Below, one piece after another: positions 18,619 through 27,611 of a stretch of 64,000 bases of DNA. Source of the DNA: an uncultured delta proteobacterium (lineage in GTDB: Bacteria; Desulfobacterota; Binatia; JACPRU01). The position numbers and the translations under genes are program-made. Numbering within the stretch: position 1 is the stretch's first letter; each line of letters starts with the position of its first letter. Where the stretch lies: assembly GCA_963790365.1 (NCBI GenBank), contig CAWBOU010000047.1, forward strand, positions 71,429-135,428, given 5' to 3'. A model generated the notes under the pieces. The model was not told where the DNA came from. It did no database searches and saw nothing but the letters and a program-made list of their open reading frames with translations.

Positions 18619-19344
18619 TCAGGCGGCTTCGCCGGCCGACGCGCGATCGAGCCACCATACGAGCTCGCCGCGCGACGGGCGGACGCCGAGGATCGGATAC
18701 TGCTCGACCGCGGCCGGGTCGTCTTGGGAAGCGAGGCACTTGGCGATGATGTCTTTCTTGTCACCGCCGGCGACGAGCACCCAGACGCGCTTCGCCGCGT
18801 TCAACAGCGGGTAGGTGAACGTCATCCGCCGGGTGTTCAGCTTCGGCACTTCGTTCATCACCACGAGGCGGGTCCGCTCCTTCGTCGCGGCCGTGCCCGG
18901 GAACAACGACGCCGTGTGACCGTCCGGCCCGATGCCGAGGAGGATCAGATCGACCGCGGGGATGCCGTCCGTCCCCGCCGGCACGCGCTCGCGGATCTTC
19001 CGCTCGTAGGCTTCCGCCTCGCCGGCTTCGGCGCGCATGCGGTGCGTGACGATCGGGATCTCGTGGAGGAGCGCCTTCTCGACCATCGCGAAGTTGGAGT
19101 CCGAGTGGTCGGGCGGCACCGCGCGCTCATCGCCGAAGAACACCTCGGCGCGCGCCCACGGCACGGCGGCGGCGAACGGCGGCTTCGCGAGCGTCTCGTA
19201 GAGACGCTTCGGGGTGGAGCCGCCCGAGAGCGCGATCGTCACGGGAGGGGTCGGCGATTCCGCGACGAGCGCGGCGAGCGCCTCGGCCACGCGACCCGAG
19301 ACGTCCTTCGCGTCGGCCGCGATCACCAGCCGCCGCTCGCTCAC
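18619..19344 (-). CDS. pgl: 6-phosphogluconolactonase
   Basis: GTG 19344 overlaps the zwf TGA (GTGA). Contains IALSGGSTPKRLYE..FFGDERAVPPDHSDSN..LLGIGPDGHTASLFPG. Intact frame. Confidence 0.85.
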   Translation of the reverse strand: MSERRLVIAADAKDVSGRVAEALAALVAESPTPPVTIALSGGSTPKRLYETLAKPPFAAAVPWARAEVFFGDERAVPPDHSDSNFAMVEKALLHEIPIVTHRMRAEAGEAEAYERKIRERVPAGTDGIPAVDLILLGIGPDGHTASLFPGTAATKERTRLVVMNEVPKLNTRRMTFTYPLLNAAKRVWVLVAGGDKKDIIAKCLASQDDPAAVEQYPILGVRPSRGELVWWLDRASAGEAA

Positions 19345-20940
19345 ATCTCGTCCAGCGAGCGCCAGCGTGCGGTCGTCCCTTCGAGCAAGCGATTCGCCTC
19401 GTCGGGTCCGTCGCGTGAACGGATAGTAGTTCGGGAACGTCGGCGGCGGCAGCGCCGCCCAGCCCTCGATGGATCGAGCTGATGAAGCGCCACGCGTACT
19501 CGACCTCGTCGGAGCGCGTGAACAGCGACGGGTCGCCGCGCAGCGCGTCGAGCAGCAGCCGCTCGTAGGCCTCCGGCGAGCGCTGCTGGAACGCCTCGCC
19601 GTAGATAGAAGTCCATGTCGACTTCCTCGAGCTGGATCTTCATGCCCGGCTGCTTGCACGCGAACGAGAGGCTGATGCCCTCGTCGGCTGGATGCGCATC
19701 ACGAGCCGGTTCGAGCGCGGGATCGCCGTGCTCGACCTCGTCGTCGTCGACCGCGCTGGCGGAAGAGATGCATCGGCGGCTGCTTGAAGCTCACCGCGAT
19801 CTCGGAGACGCGCTTCGTCAGCCGCTTGCCGGTGCGCAGCAGGAACGGCACGCCCGCCCAGCGCCAGTTGTCGATGTGGATGCGGAGCGCGACGTAGGTC
19901 TCGGTGATCGACTTCGGGTCGACGCCCTCTTCCTGGCGGTAGCCCTTCACGACCTTGCCGTCGATCTCGCCGACACCGTACTGGCCGCGCACGGTGTCGG
20001 CCGCGACCTCCTTCGTGGTGAGCGGCAGGATCGCCCGCAGCACCTTCACCTTCTCGTCGCGGATCGACTGTCGCCTCGAGCGCCGACGGCGGCTCCATCG
20101 CGATCAGGCAGAGGAGCTGCAGCATGTGGTTCTGCACCATGTCGCGCAGCGCGCCGGCGGTGTCGTAGTAGGCGCCGCGCCGCCCTCCATGCCGAGCGTC
20201 TCGGCGACGGTGATCTGCACGTTGTCGACGTACTTCTGGTTGAAGAGCGGCTCGAAGATCGAGTTGCCGAAGCGGAAGCGACAGGATGTTCTGGACGGTC
20301 TCTTTCCCGAGGTAGTGATCGATGCGGTAGATCTGGCTCTCGTCGAGCGACGGACGTGACGTCGCGGTTCAGCTGCGCGCGCGCTCTCGAGGTCGCGCGC
20401 CGAACGGCTTCTCGATGATGACGCGCGACCAGGCGGCGTCGCCGCGGGCGGACGCACGAGGCCGGCCTCGGCGAGGCTGCTTGATGATCGTCGCGAAGAA
20501 CTCCGGCGCGACCGAGAGGTAGAAGAGCCGGTTGCCCGGCAGCGAGGCTTCCTTCTCGAGCCCCTCGACGCGCTCACGCAGACCGCGGAACGACTCCGGA
20601 TCGTCGGCGTTGCCCGGCGAAGTAGTGGAGCGAGCGAACGAGCGGGTGCTCCGCCGTCACGTTCGGGTCCGCATGCTCCTTCAGCGCTTCGAGCATCACC
20701 TCGCGGAACTGCTCGTCGCTCATCGGGCTTCGCGAGAACCCGACCACCTTGAAGCGTATCGGGGAGGAAGCCGTCCTGATGGAGGTGATAGAGGGCGGGG
20801 ATCAGCTTGCGTTTGCTGAGATCACCCGACGCTCCGAAGATGACCACCGTGAAGGGGTCGTGAACGCGGATCTGTTCCGAGCCCGCGCTTGCCGGCGCAG
20901 AGACCGAAACCGAGGCTTTGGGGCGGGTCGTCGGTTCCAA
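19341..20940 (-). pseudogene. zwf: glucose-6-phosphate dehydrogenase broken into about 15 frame segments, or assembly indels
   Basis: TTG 20940 after GGAGGAGG. Recognisable pieces in changing frames: [20 protein letters not shown]; [17 protein letters not shown]; [17 protein letters not shown]; LAEAGLV; [11 protein letters not shown]; [21 protein letters not shown]; [12 protein letters not shown]; [20 protein letters not shown]; [18 protein letters not shown]; GPDEANRLLEG..DEM. Confidence 0.85.
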
Positions 20941-21009
20941 TCGAAGCCTCCTCCGCGCTCGTATCGTCGCGCGAGGCCCGCGGTGTCAACAGGTCGCGCG
21001 TCAACATCA

Positions 21010-21037
21010 CGGGCGCCGGCGATTTCGCCGGCGCCCG
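21010..21037 (-). terminator. GC-rich stem-loop downstream of the 21077..21433 gene
   Basis: CGGGCGCCGGCG attt CGCCGGCGCCCG, a perfect 12-bp stem with no clear U-tract. Confidence 0.45.
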
Positions 21038-21076
21038 TGGCGTCGATCGGACCGACGATCTCCGCTGAGGTCGGGA

Positions 21077-21433
21077 CTACCAGCCGCGGCGATGATCGTA
21101 CCGCCAGTCGAGGCGATCGCCGCGACGGTCGAGACGCTCATCGATGCGGTCACCGCGCCGATCGTACCACTCCTCGATCCGATCGCCCCTCTCGTCGAGG
21201 TAGCGAGCGCGCCGATAGTCGCCACGCGCCGCGGCACGTTCCGAGAGCCGATCGTAGTGATCCTCGATGCGATCGCCGCGCCGGTCGAGGCGCGCGTCGA
21301 TGCGATCGCCACGACGGTCCCAGCGGTGCTCGACGCGGTCGCCGCGGTCGCGGCAGAATTCGTCGGCCTGCGCCGCGCCCGCCGTCAGGAGAAAAGCCAA
21401 GCTTCCGGTTGCCAACAGGATTCGCGTCTTCAT
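21077..21433 (-). CDS. small secreted protein made of DRRGDRI(D/E) repeats
   Basis: ATG 21433: MKTRILLATGSLAFLLTAGAAQA signal, then six RGD-containing repeats (RDRGDRVE, DRRGDRID x3, DRRGDRIE, ERGDRIE, DRRGDRLD). Confidence 0.65.
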   Translation of the reverse strand: MKTRILLATGSLAFLLTAGAAQADEFCRDRGDRVEHRWDRRGDRIDARLDRRGDRIEDHYDRLSERAAARGDYRRARYLDERGDRIEEWYDRRGDRIDERLDRRGDRLDWRYDHRRGW

Positions 21434-21560
21434 GCCCGATAGACCGCGCTCGCGCCGAAACGGTTCACGCGAGCCGAATGCCGAGCGGCCGCAACATCGT
21501 CTCATTGGTGCGGTCCGATGCAGCGCGTCGCTCGGTGAGACGATCGGAAGCAGCGTCCCC

Positions 21561-22103
21561 TCAGGGGAGTGACTGGCTGGTCGACGGAATCGACCGCTCG
21601 CCACGATCGGTGAGGATCCGTCCGCTCGCCACGCGAACCGTCGGACGCTCGCTCGTGTCGGCGTCGACCGCGCAGCTCCTCACGGACAGCGTGAACGGTT
21701 GCTGGCTGCGCGGCGGGACGACGCCCGCGAAGGGGAACTCACGCGACTGACACGACGGCGGCTGGCCGGCGCCGCCGGCAGTGAAGGGAAAGTTCGTTTC
21801 GTAGGAAAGCGCCGTCCCCTGACGGACCTGCAGCGGCTCATCGCAAGGATTCCCGACCGATGCGGTCACGACGAAGTCGACGTGCTCGATGTCGGAGTCG
21901 CGGGAGACGGTCGCGCGCCGGATCGCGACCTGCGCGTCGACCGTGAAGCCGGCGCAGACCGGCGCGCCCTGCGGGAGCGCTCGCGCCGGCGGCTTGTCGC
22001 TCCGAAAGTGAGGCTGCGCGAGCGCGAGCTCGGCGATCCCGACGAGCGTGACGACGAGCGGCGCCCTCACGGCGCCGGGGATTCGCTGAACGACGGCACG
22101 CAT
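21561..22103 (-). CDS. secreted hypothetical protein (last gene of the 34.4-21.6 kb operon)
   Basis: N-terminus MRAVVQRIPGAVRAPLVVTLVGIAELALAQP (signal-like), four Cys, no family recognised. Alternative GTG start at 22070. Confidence 0.6.
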   Translation of the reverse strand: MRAVVQRIPGAVRAPLVVTLVGIAELALAQPHFRSDKPPARALPQGAPVCAGFTVDAQVAIRRATVSRDSDIEHVDFVVTASVGNPCDEPLQVRQGTALSYETNFPFTAGGAGQPPSCQSREFPFAGVVPPRSQQPFTLSVRSCAVDADTSERPTVRVASGRILTDRGERSIPSTSQSLP

Positions 22104-23719
22104 CCCGACAGGTCCGAGCTACAGACCTCGCCGACCGGGCAGCAGCAACACGTCTGCCCGCAGTTCTCCGCGGTCTCGTCGGGGCAGCCGCCGGTCGCCG
22201 CGCAGCAGCCGGCCTCGCTGTTGCAGACGGCCGCCTGCTCGTCGGCTCCGTTCGGGCAATCCGACTGCGTGTTGCAAACGAGGTTTCTCGCGATGCAGGT
22301 TCCCTCGCCGCACTCGAACTGGTCGTTCGGGCAGTTGCCCTCGCCCGGCACGTCCCCGCCGCCGTCGCCGCCGCCACTGCTCGCCGCGATCCCGCCCGCG
22401 ACCGCGCCGGCAACGACCGCCACGCCGGCGATCACCGCGGTGGTCGTGCTGACGCCGATTCCACCACCCGCCGTCGCGGCCGTTCCCGTGGCGGCGACCG
22501 CGCTCTGTGCGGACGGCGCCGCGCCTTCGACGGCGGCGACAATCCCGGCCGTAGAAAGGAAAATCAGCGGCAGCAAGGCAAGCTCGCGGCGCGCGAGCTC
22601 GAAGTCCGGATCCTCGCGGAGCGCCTGCTCGAGCTCGCGTCGCGCGCCCTCGTAGTCGCCGCGATCCTTGGCGTCGAGCCCGTTCGAGAACGCGATCATC
22701 GCCGGCATGCTCTTCGTCTGCTGCTCTTTCACTTCCGCGATGACCTGCGAATCGAGCGGCCGCACGACGACGGGCGCCGCCACGGGCCGCCGCGGCGCGG
22801 GCGACGGAGCCGCGGACGGCTGCGTCACCCAGGCCGGCACCTCCTCCTTCGGCTCCGCCGGCTTCGGTTCGGCGCGCTCCAGCGCGGCCGGCTTCTCGCC
22901 GTAACCGAGATCGGCGAGGATCCGCAGCGCGAGCGCTTTCTCGAGCTCGAAGAAATCGTCGATTCCCCCGCTCGCTTCCTGCGTGCCGAGAATCGCGGCC
23001 GTGCCGCTCTCCGCGACGACCGAGTCGAGGCGCAGCTCGCTCTTCGACGGATCCACGTAGCTGCCGGTCGTCACTTTGCCGGCGCCGAGCAGCTTGCCGA
23101 CCTTCGGCGCCGTGCGCTCGTCGACGAGGCCGCTCTGTCCGACCTTCATCTCCTGGAGCATCGCCTGCAGGCGATCGCGCTCGACGACGCGCAGCTCTTT
23201 CACCTTGGAGACGTCGTCGATGAGGAGCGCGGTGAGGCCCTTCTGCAGCGGCGTCAGCTCCGCGGAGCCGAGGTTGCGGTAGTACGTGATCGCCACGGTG
23301 CGTGGATCGCCGGGCCCGAGCCGCTGCTCCTTGGCGATCTGCTCGCGCGCGAGCTGCTCGTTCGCCTCGCGGATGAGCAGCGTGAGATGGCGCCGCACGT
23401 CCTCGGGAAGCTCTTGTTCCCGCTCTTCCGGAGTCGACGGCGCGAGCTTCGTGTAGGTGTCCCAGGCGGCAATCGCGTCGCTCGTGCGTCCGAGCCGCAG
23501 ATGGGCGAGACCGAGGTAGAGCGCGACCGGGCTCGACTTCGGCGCGAGCGCGCGGGCCTGCCCGAGCACGCGGGCGGCCTCTTCGTAGTTGCCCGCCTTG
23601 TACGCGTCGATGCCGGTCTCGATCGCGCCCGCGGCGTTCGACGGCGACGCGGCATGGAGCGCGGGCCCGAAGGCGATTCCCAGTGCGAGCCAAACGGCCA
23701 AGGCCTGTCGCGAGCGCAT
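22067..23719 (-). CDS. TPR + CsgG/LpoB-like domain protein with Gly/Ala-rich hydrophobic segment, C-terminal LDL-receptor class A module and Cys-rich tail
   Basis: ATG 23719 overlaps the upstream TGA. Signal [23 protein letters not shown]; TPR (YKAGNYEEAARVL..ALYLGLAHLRLGR); VAITYYRNLG..LRVVERDRLQAMLQEMKVGQSGLVD..GKLLGAGKVTTGSY; CPNDQFECGEGTCIARNLVCNTQSDCPNGADEQAAVC. Confidence 0.85.
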   Translation of the reverse strand: MRSRQALAVWLALGIAFGPALHAASPSNAAGAIETGIDAYKAGNYEEAARVLGQARALAPKSSPVALYLGLAHLRLGRTSDAIAAWDTYTKLAPSTPEEREQELPEDVRRHLTLLIREANEQLAREQIAKEQRLGPGDPRTVAITYYRNLGSAELTPLQKGLTALLIDDVSKVKELRVVERDRLQAMLQEMKVGQSGLVDERTAPKVGKLLGAGKVTTGSYVDPSKSELRLDSVVAESGTAAILGTQEASGGIDDFFELEKALALRILADLGYGEKPAALERAEPKPAEPKEEVPAWVTQPSAAPSPAPRRPVAAPVVVRPLDSQVIAEVKEQQTKSMPAMIAFSNGLDAKDRGDYEGARRELEQALREDPDFELARRELALLPLIFLSTAGIVAAVEGAAPSAQSAVAATGTAATAGGGIGVSTTTAVIAGVAVVAGAVAGGIAASSGGGDGGGDVPGEGNCPNDQFECGEGTCIARNLVCNTQSDCPNGADEQAAVCNSEAGCCAATGGCPDETAENCGQTCCCCPVGEVCSSDLSGCVPSFSESPAP

Positions 23720-25725
23720 CACTCCACCCCTTCCGGAATCGTGACGGTGCCGAGCACGAGCGGGAGCCCGGCGAACGTGAACGACCCGTTCGGCCCGGCC
23801 GCGGTCACCGCGGTCAACCGCTGCGTCGAAACCGGCCGCGTCGGTACCGCCGTATCGTCGTCGTCCCCACAGCTCGCCTGAAGCGCCGCTGCGGCGAGCA
23901 GCATCGCGAGCACGAGCGCGCGCTTTCGCCGCGACGGCGCCGCGGCGGCGAGGAAGACGATCCCGATCACATCGAGCCAGCCCGGGTACCGCGCGGGCGT
24001 CAGACCGGCGAGGACCACCCGCGGGCGGCCGGCGAAGAATTCCGGCGTGCCCACGAGACCGACCGTCAGCTCGAACGTCGCGGTTCCGCCGGGCTCGAGC
24101 ACGAGCGGATCGACGAAGCAGAACTCGCTCGGGCGGGCAGGCACGGCTTTGGCGCGCCGGTTGAACGCGCCGGAAGCACCGACGATGATCGCGGTATCGA
24201 AGAACTCCGGCCGTCCGAAATCGATCGCGGCGCACGAGACCCCGACCGCGACGCTCGACCGGTTGTGGAGATCGAAGCGCCCGGCGACGACGGTCTCGTC
24301 CTCCGAGCCGAGGGCACGCACCGGCGCCTCGGTCGTGGCATCGCTGTCGGGATCGGGCGTGGGGCTCGGGCCCTGAGTCGGGGTCGAGGTCGGGCCGAAC
24401 GGCGGCGTCGCGGTCGGGCTCGGGCCGGGCGTGATCGGCGGCCCGCTCGTCGGCGTCGACGTCACGGTCGGTGTCGGCGTGGGCGATGGTCCGAAGGTCG
24501 GCGTCGGCGACGGTCCGAAGGTCGGCGTCGGGGTCGGCAGGGAGAGCGGATTGTCGAACGCGAGCACGCGATTGTACTCGTTGTCCGCGACGTAGACGTT
24601 CCCCAACGAGTCGATGGCGACTCCGGTCGGGCCGCAGAGCGCGTCCGCGCTCGGGCTCGCGCAATCCCCGGTGTTGAAGCTGCCGTTCTGGCCGAACACG
24701 AAGTCCGCGGTGGTGTCGATGGTGCCCGGATCGAGGTAGACGAGGACGCGGTTGTTGCCGAAATCGGCGGCGAAGAGATTGCCCGCCGCGTCGACCCCCA
24801 AGCTCGAAGGGTCGCAGAGTCGATCCGCCGTCGGACCCCCGTCCTCGTTGCACGCGCCGTCCACGAACGTGCCCTGCCCGATCGGGAACGACGGCGAGCT
24901 GCTAGCGAGCGGGTCGGCGAACTTGAGGATCCGGCTGTTGCCCGCATCCGCGATGAACAACTCGCCGAGCGGGTCGAGCACGACCCCGCCGGAGGCGCAG
25001 AGGACGTCGGGCCCGAGCGGCCCACCTTGGTTGCACAGGTTCGTCGCGAAGCTCCCACTCTGACCGAAGACCCGATCCGCCAACGCATCCCCGGCGATCG
25101 GCGCGTCGTATTCGAGCACGCGGTTGTTCCCCGCATCCTTCACGTAGAGGTTCCCCGCGCTGTCGAGCGCGAGGGACACCGGGAAACACAAGCTCCCGGC
25201 ATCGATTCCGTTGGTGTTGCAAGAGGTCGTCGCGAAGCTTCCGCCTTGCCCGAACACCCGGTCCGCAACCCCGCCGGACGTGAACGGGCTGTCGTACTCG
25301 AGCACCCGGTTGTTGAACGCGTCCGCTACGAACAGATTCCCGGCGCCGTCGACGGCGACGCCGATGGGATTACAGAGAGTGGACGCGCTCGGACCCGATG
25401 CCTGGTTGCAGTCCACGGCATCCGCGGTCGGCTGCCCGATGATCAGGTCGGGCAACGCGCCGTTCGTGAACGTGGTCGCGTTCGCCCAACCGAGCACGCG
25501 GTTATTGTTGGAGTCGACGACGTAGAGGCGGTTCGACGAGTCCACCGCCACCGCCGCGGGCGCGCTGAGCCCGCCTCCGTCAGGCGGGTTCGAATCGGCC
25601 GAAACGAAGTCGGTCTGGCCGAGGACGCGATCCGCGGTCGTGTCGCCCGGCGCCGCTCGGCCGGTGACCGGCAGGAGAGCAAGCACCAGGATCGCGAGAC
25701 AAGCGCTGGATCGGCGCTCATTCAT
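23719..25725 (-). CDS. NHL-repeat beta-propeller protein with Pro/Thr-rich linker and C-terminal domain
   Basis: ATG 25725: signal [24 protein letters not shown]. Six or more repeats of the type G(V/L)A(V/L)D..GNL(Y/F)VAD..NNRVL.(Y/F)D. PT-linker [30 protein letters not shown]. Confidence 0.85.
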   Translation of the reverse strand: MNERRSSACLAILVLALLPVTGRAAPGDTTADRVLGQTDFVSADSNPPDGGGLSAPAAVAVDSSNRLYVVDSNNNRVLGWANATTFTNGALPDLIIGQPTADAVDCNQASGPSASTLCNPIGVAVDGAGNLFVADAFNNRVLEYDSPFTSGGVADRVFGQGGSFATTSCNTNGIDAGSLCFPVSLALDSAGNLYVKDAGNNRVLEYDAPIAGDALADRVFGQSGSFATNLCNQGGPLGPDVLCASGGVVLDPLGELFIADAGNSRILKFADPLASSSPSFPIGQGTFVDGACNEDGGPTADRLCDPSSLGVDAAGNLFAADFGNNRVLVYLDPGTIDTTADFVFGQNGSFNTGDCASPSADALCGPTGVAIDSLGNVYVADNEYNRVLAFDNPLSLPTPTPTFGPSPTPTFGPSPTPTPTVTSTPTSGPPITPGPSPTATPPFGPTSTPTQGPSPTPDPDSDATTEAPVRALGSEDETVVAGRFDLHNRSSVAVGVSCAAIDFGRPEFFDTAIIVGASGAFNRRAKAVPARPSEFCFVDPLVLEPGGTATFELTVGLVGTPEFFAGRPRVVLAGLTPARYPGWLDVIGIVFLAAAAPSRRKRALVLAMLLAAAALQASCGDDDDTAVPTRPVSTQRLTAVTAAGPNGSFTFAGLPLVLGTVTIPEGVE

Positions 25726-26959
25726 GACGCAGAGCCTCGATGGGATAGATCGCGGACGCTCGTCGTGCGGGATGAAACCCGAAGACGAGCCCGAACGTGA
25801 TGGAGATGATCGAAGTCCATAACATCGCCGACGCGGACACGTAAATCGGGAAACTCGCGAACGCACGGAGCGCGAGCGCCGTGACGAGCCCGAAGAACGT
25901 GCCTGCGATACCCGCGCCGAGCGCGAGCGCGGCCGATTCCGCGAGAAACTGGAGCTGCACGTCGCGTGCGCTCGCGCCGACTGCCCGGCGGACACCGATC
26001 TCGGCCGTGCGCTCGGTGACCGTCGCGAACATGACGTTCGAGATCCCGATGCCGCCGACGAAGAGCGCGAGCGCGGCGATGCCCATCAATGCGAGCTCGA
26101 GCGTCGCGCGCGCTTGCCGCCCGCGCTCGAGGAGCTCGATCGGCGCGACGACCTCGTACGCGCCGCGCCCTCGGGACGAGCGGTCGAGGACGCTTCGCAC
26201 GAGCGTCGCCGCCGCGGGCACGTCGGTCGTGCGCTCGAGGTCGAGCGCGATCTCGGTGAGCGGCCAGCGCTGCTGCGTCGTGCCTGCCGGGGCGAGCAAT
26301 TCGATCGGCACGTAGACGTCGCGATTCACGTCGCGCGCGCGCACCACCGCCTTCTCCGCACGAAGCTCGGCGCGGTCGGCGAGCACGCCCACCACGCGGA
26401 GATGCATCGCGCCCGCCTGCAGCCGCCGTCCGATCGGGTCGGCGAGGCCGAAGAGCTCGCGCGCGACGCCGGCGCCGAGCACGCAGACGGCATGTCGCCG
26501 GCGTCCGTCCTCGGGGGCGAGATAACGCCCGGAGGCGAGCCCGAGCCGAAACGTCGCGTACGACTCCGCCGTCGTGCCGACGATGCGCGCGTCCGCGCGG
26601 CGGCCGCCGGCGAAGACTTGCGCTCGCCGCTCGTCGCTCGGCGCGATCGTCGCGAGGCTCGGAATCGCGCTCGCGAGACGGGACGCGTCGCCGAGGGTCA
26701 GGGGCACACCCCCGGCAGACGCCTCCGCACCGGCCGCACGCACGAAGATCGACGTCGCACCCGCCTCTTCCACCTGGCGGACGACTTCCTGCCGCGCGCC
26801 TTCGCCGATCGCGGCGATGACGATGACGGTCGCGATGCCGACCGAGATGCCGACCGCGCTCGCCGCCGCCCTTCCGCGATGGGCGCGAAGGCCCTGCCAC
26901 GCGAGAACCGCGAGCCGGCGCCAGGGGATCCCCGTCCGCTCAGCCGTCGAGGCGACCAT
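25718..26959 (-). CDS. ABC transporter permease, FtsX/MacB/DevC type
   Basis: 413 aa: N-terminal TM, large periplasmic domain, and C-terminal FtsX-like helices ([27 protein letters not shown]). Confidence 0.85.
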   Translation of the reverse strand: MVASTAERTGIPWRRLAVLAWQGLRAHRGRAAASAVGISVGIATVIVIAAIGEGARQEVVRQVEEAGATSIFVRAAGAEASAGGVPLTLGDASRLASAIPSLATIAPSDERRAQVFAGGRRADARIVGTTAESYATFRLGLASGRYLAPEDGRRRHAVCVLGAGVARELFGLADPIGRRLQAGAMHLRVVGVLADRAELRAEKAVVRARDVNRDVYVPIELLAPAGTTQQRWPLTEIALDLERTTDVPAAATLVRSVLDRSSRGRGAYEVVAPIELLERGRQARATLELALMGIAALALFVGGIGISNVMFATVTERTAEIGVRRAVGASARDVQLQFLAESAALALGAGIAGTFFGLVTALALRAFASFPIYVSASAMLWTSIISITFGLVFGFHPARRASAIYPIEALRHE

Positions 26960-27611
26960 CTTCGAGCTCGAGCACGCGCGTCGCGAAAGCCGCGACCGCG
27001 GGGTTGTGCGTGACGACGACGACGCTCGTGCCCGAGGCGTGGAGGCCGCGGAACACTTCCATGACCTCCGCCCCGGTCCGCGCGTCGAGGTTGCCGGTCG
27101 GCTCGTCGGCGAGAAGCAGCGCCGGCTCGTTCACCACCGCGCGTGCAATCGCCGCGCGCTGGCATTCACCTCCCGAGAGCTCGGACGGCCGGTGGCCGGC
27201 TCGATGCGCGAGACCGACCGCTTCGACCGCGCGGAGCGCACGCCGACGCGCCTCCGCGAGCGACGCGTCCGAGTAAAGGAGCGGTACCTCCACGTTCTCG
27301 AGGACGGACAATCGCGGGATCAGGTGGAATCGCTGGAAGACGAACCCGATCTCCGCGTTCCGGAGCGCGGAGACGCGCACGTCGTCGAGCGCCGCGACGT
27401 CGTCCCCGCGGAACCGCACGCAGCCGGTCGTCGATCGATCGAGGCAGCCGAGCAGATGGAGCAGCGTCGACTTGCCGGCGCCCGAAGGTCCCGTGATCGC
27501 GAGGAACTCACCCTCGGCGACGTCGAGGGACACGTCGTTCAGCACTCGCACCGAGCGCACGCCGGCGCCGTACGTCTTCGACACGTTCGCGAGCGACGCG
27601 AGCGGGGTCAT
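26940..27611 (-). CDS. ABC transporter ATP-binding protein (MacB/LolD/DevA type)
   Basis: ATG 27611 (ATGA overlap). Walker A GPSGAGKST, signature LSGGECQR, Walker B LLLADEPTGNLD. Confidence 0.9.
   Translation of the reverse strand: MTPLASLANVSKTYGAGVRSVRVLNDVSLDVAEGEFLAITGPSGAGKSTLLHLLGCLDRSTTGCVRFRGDDVAALDDVRVSALRNAEIGFVFQRFHLIPRLSVLENVEVPLLYSDASLAEARRRALRAVEAVGLAHRAGHRPSELSGGECQRAAIARAVVNEPALLLADEPTGNLDARTGAEVMEVFRGLHASGTSVVVVTHNPAVAAFATRVLELEDGRLDG

Noticed and set aside
20960-20989. Possible sigma70-type promoter for zwf (TTGACA at 20989-20984, GATACG 18 nt downstream)
   Set aside because: The -10 match is poor. The implied transcription start would fall on the GGAGGAGG ribosome-binding site. 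This is not enough evidence to annotate.
24340-24545. Short direct nucleotide repeats (for example GGTCCGAAGGTCGGCGTCGGCGA twice) that might suggest a CRISPR or VNTR
   Set aside because: They lie inside the NHL ORF and encode the Pro/Thr-rich linker ([10 protein letters not shown] repeated). There is no spacer/repeat architecture and no cas genes.
23683-25800. 705-aa plus-strand ORF opposite the NHL gene, and the N-terminal extensions of ORFs 22067..24853 and 23719..25995
   Set aside because: The real genes start at internal ATGs (23719, 25725) that give proper signal peptides and overlap the upstream stops. The upstream extensions are Arg-rich read-through of neighbouring genes in another frame.
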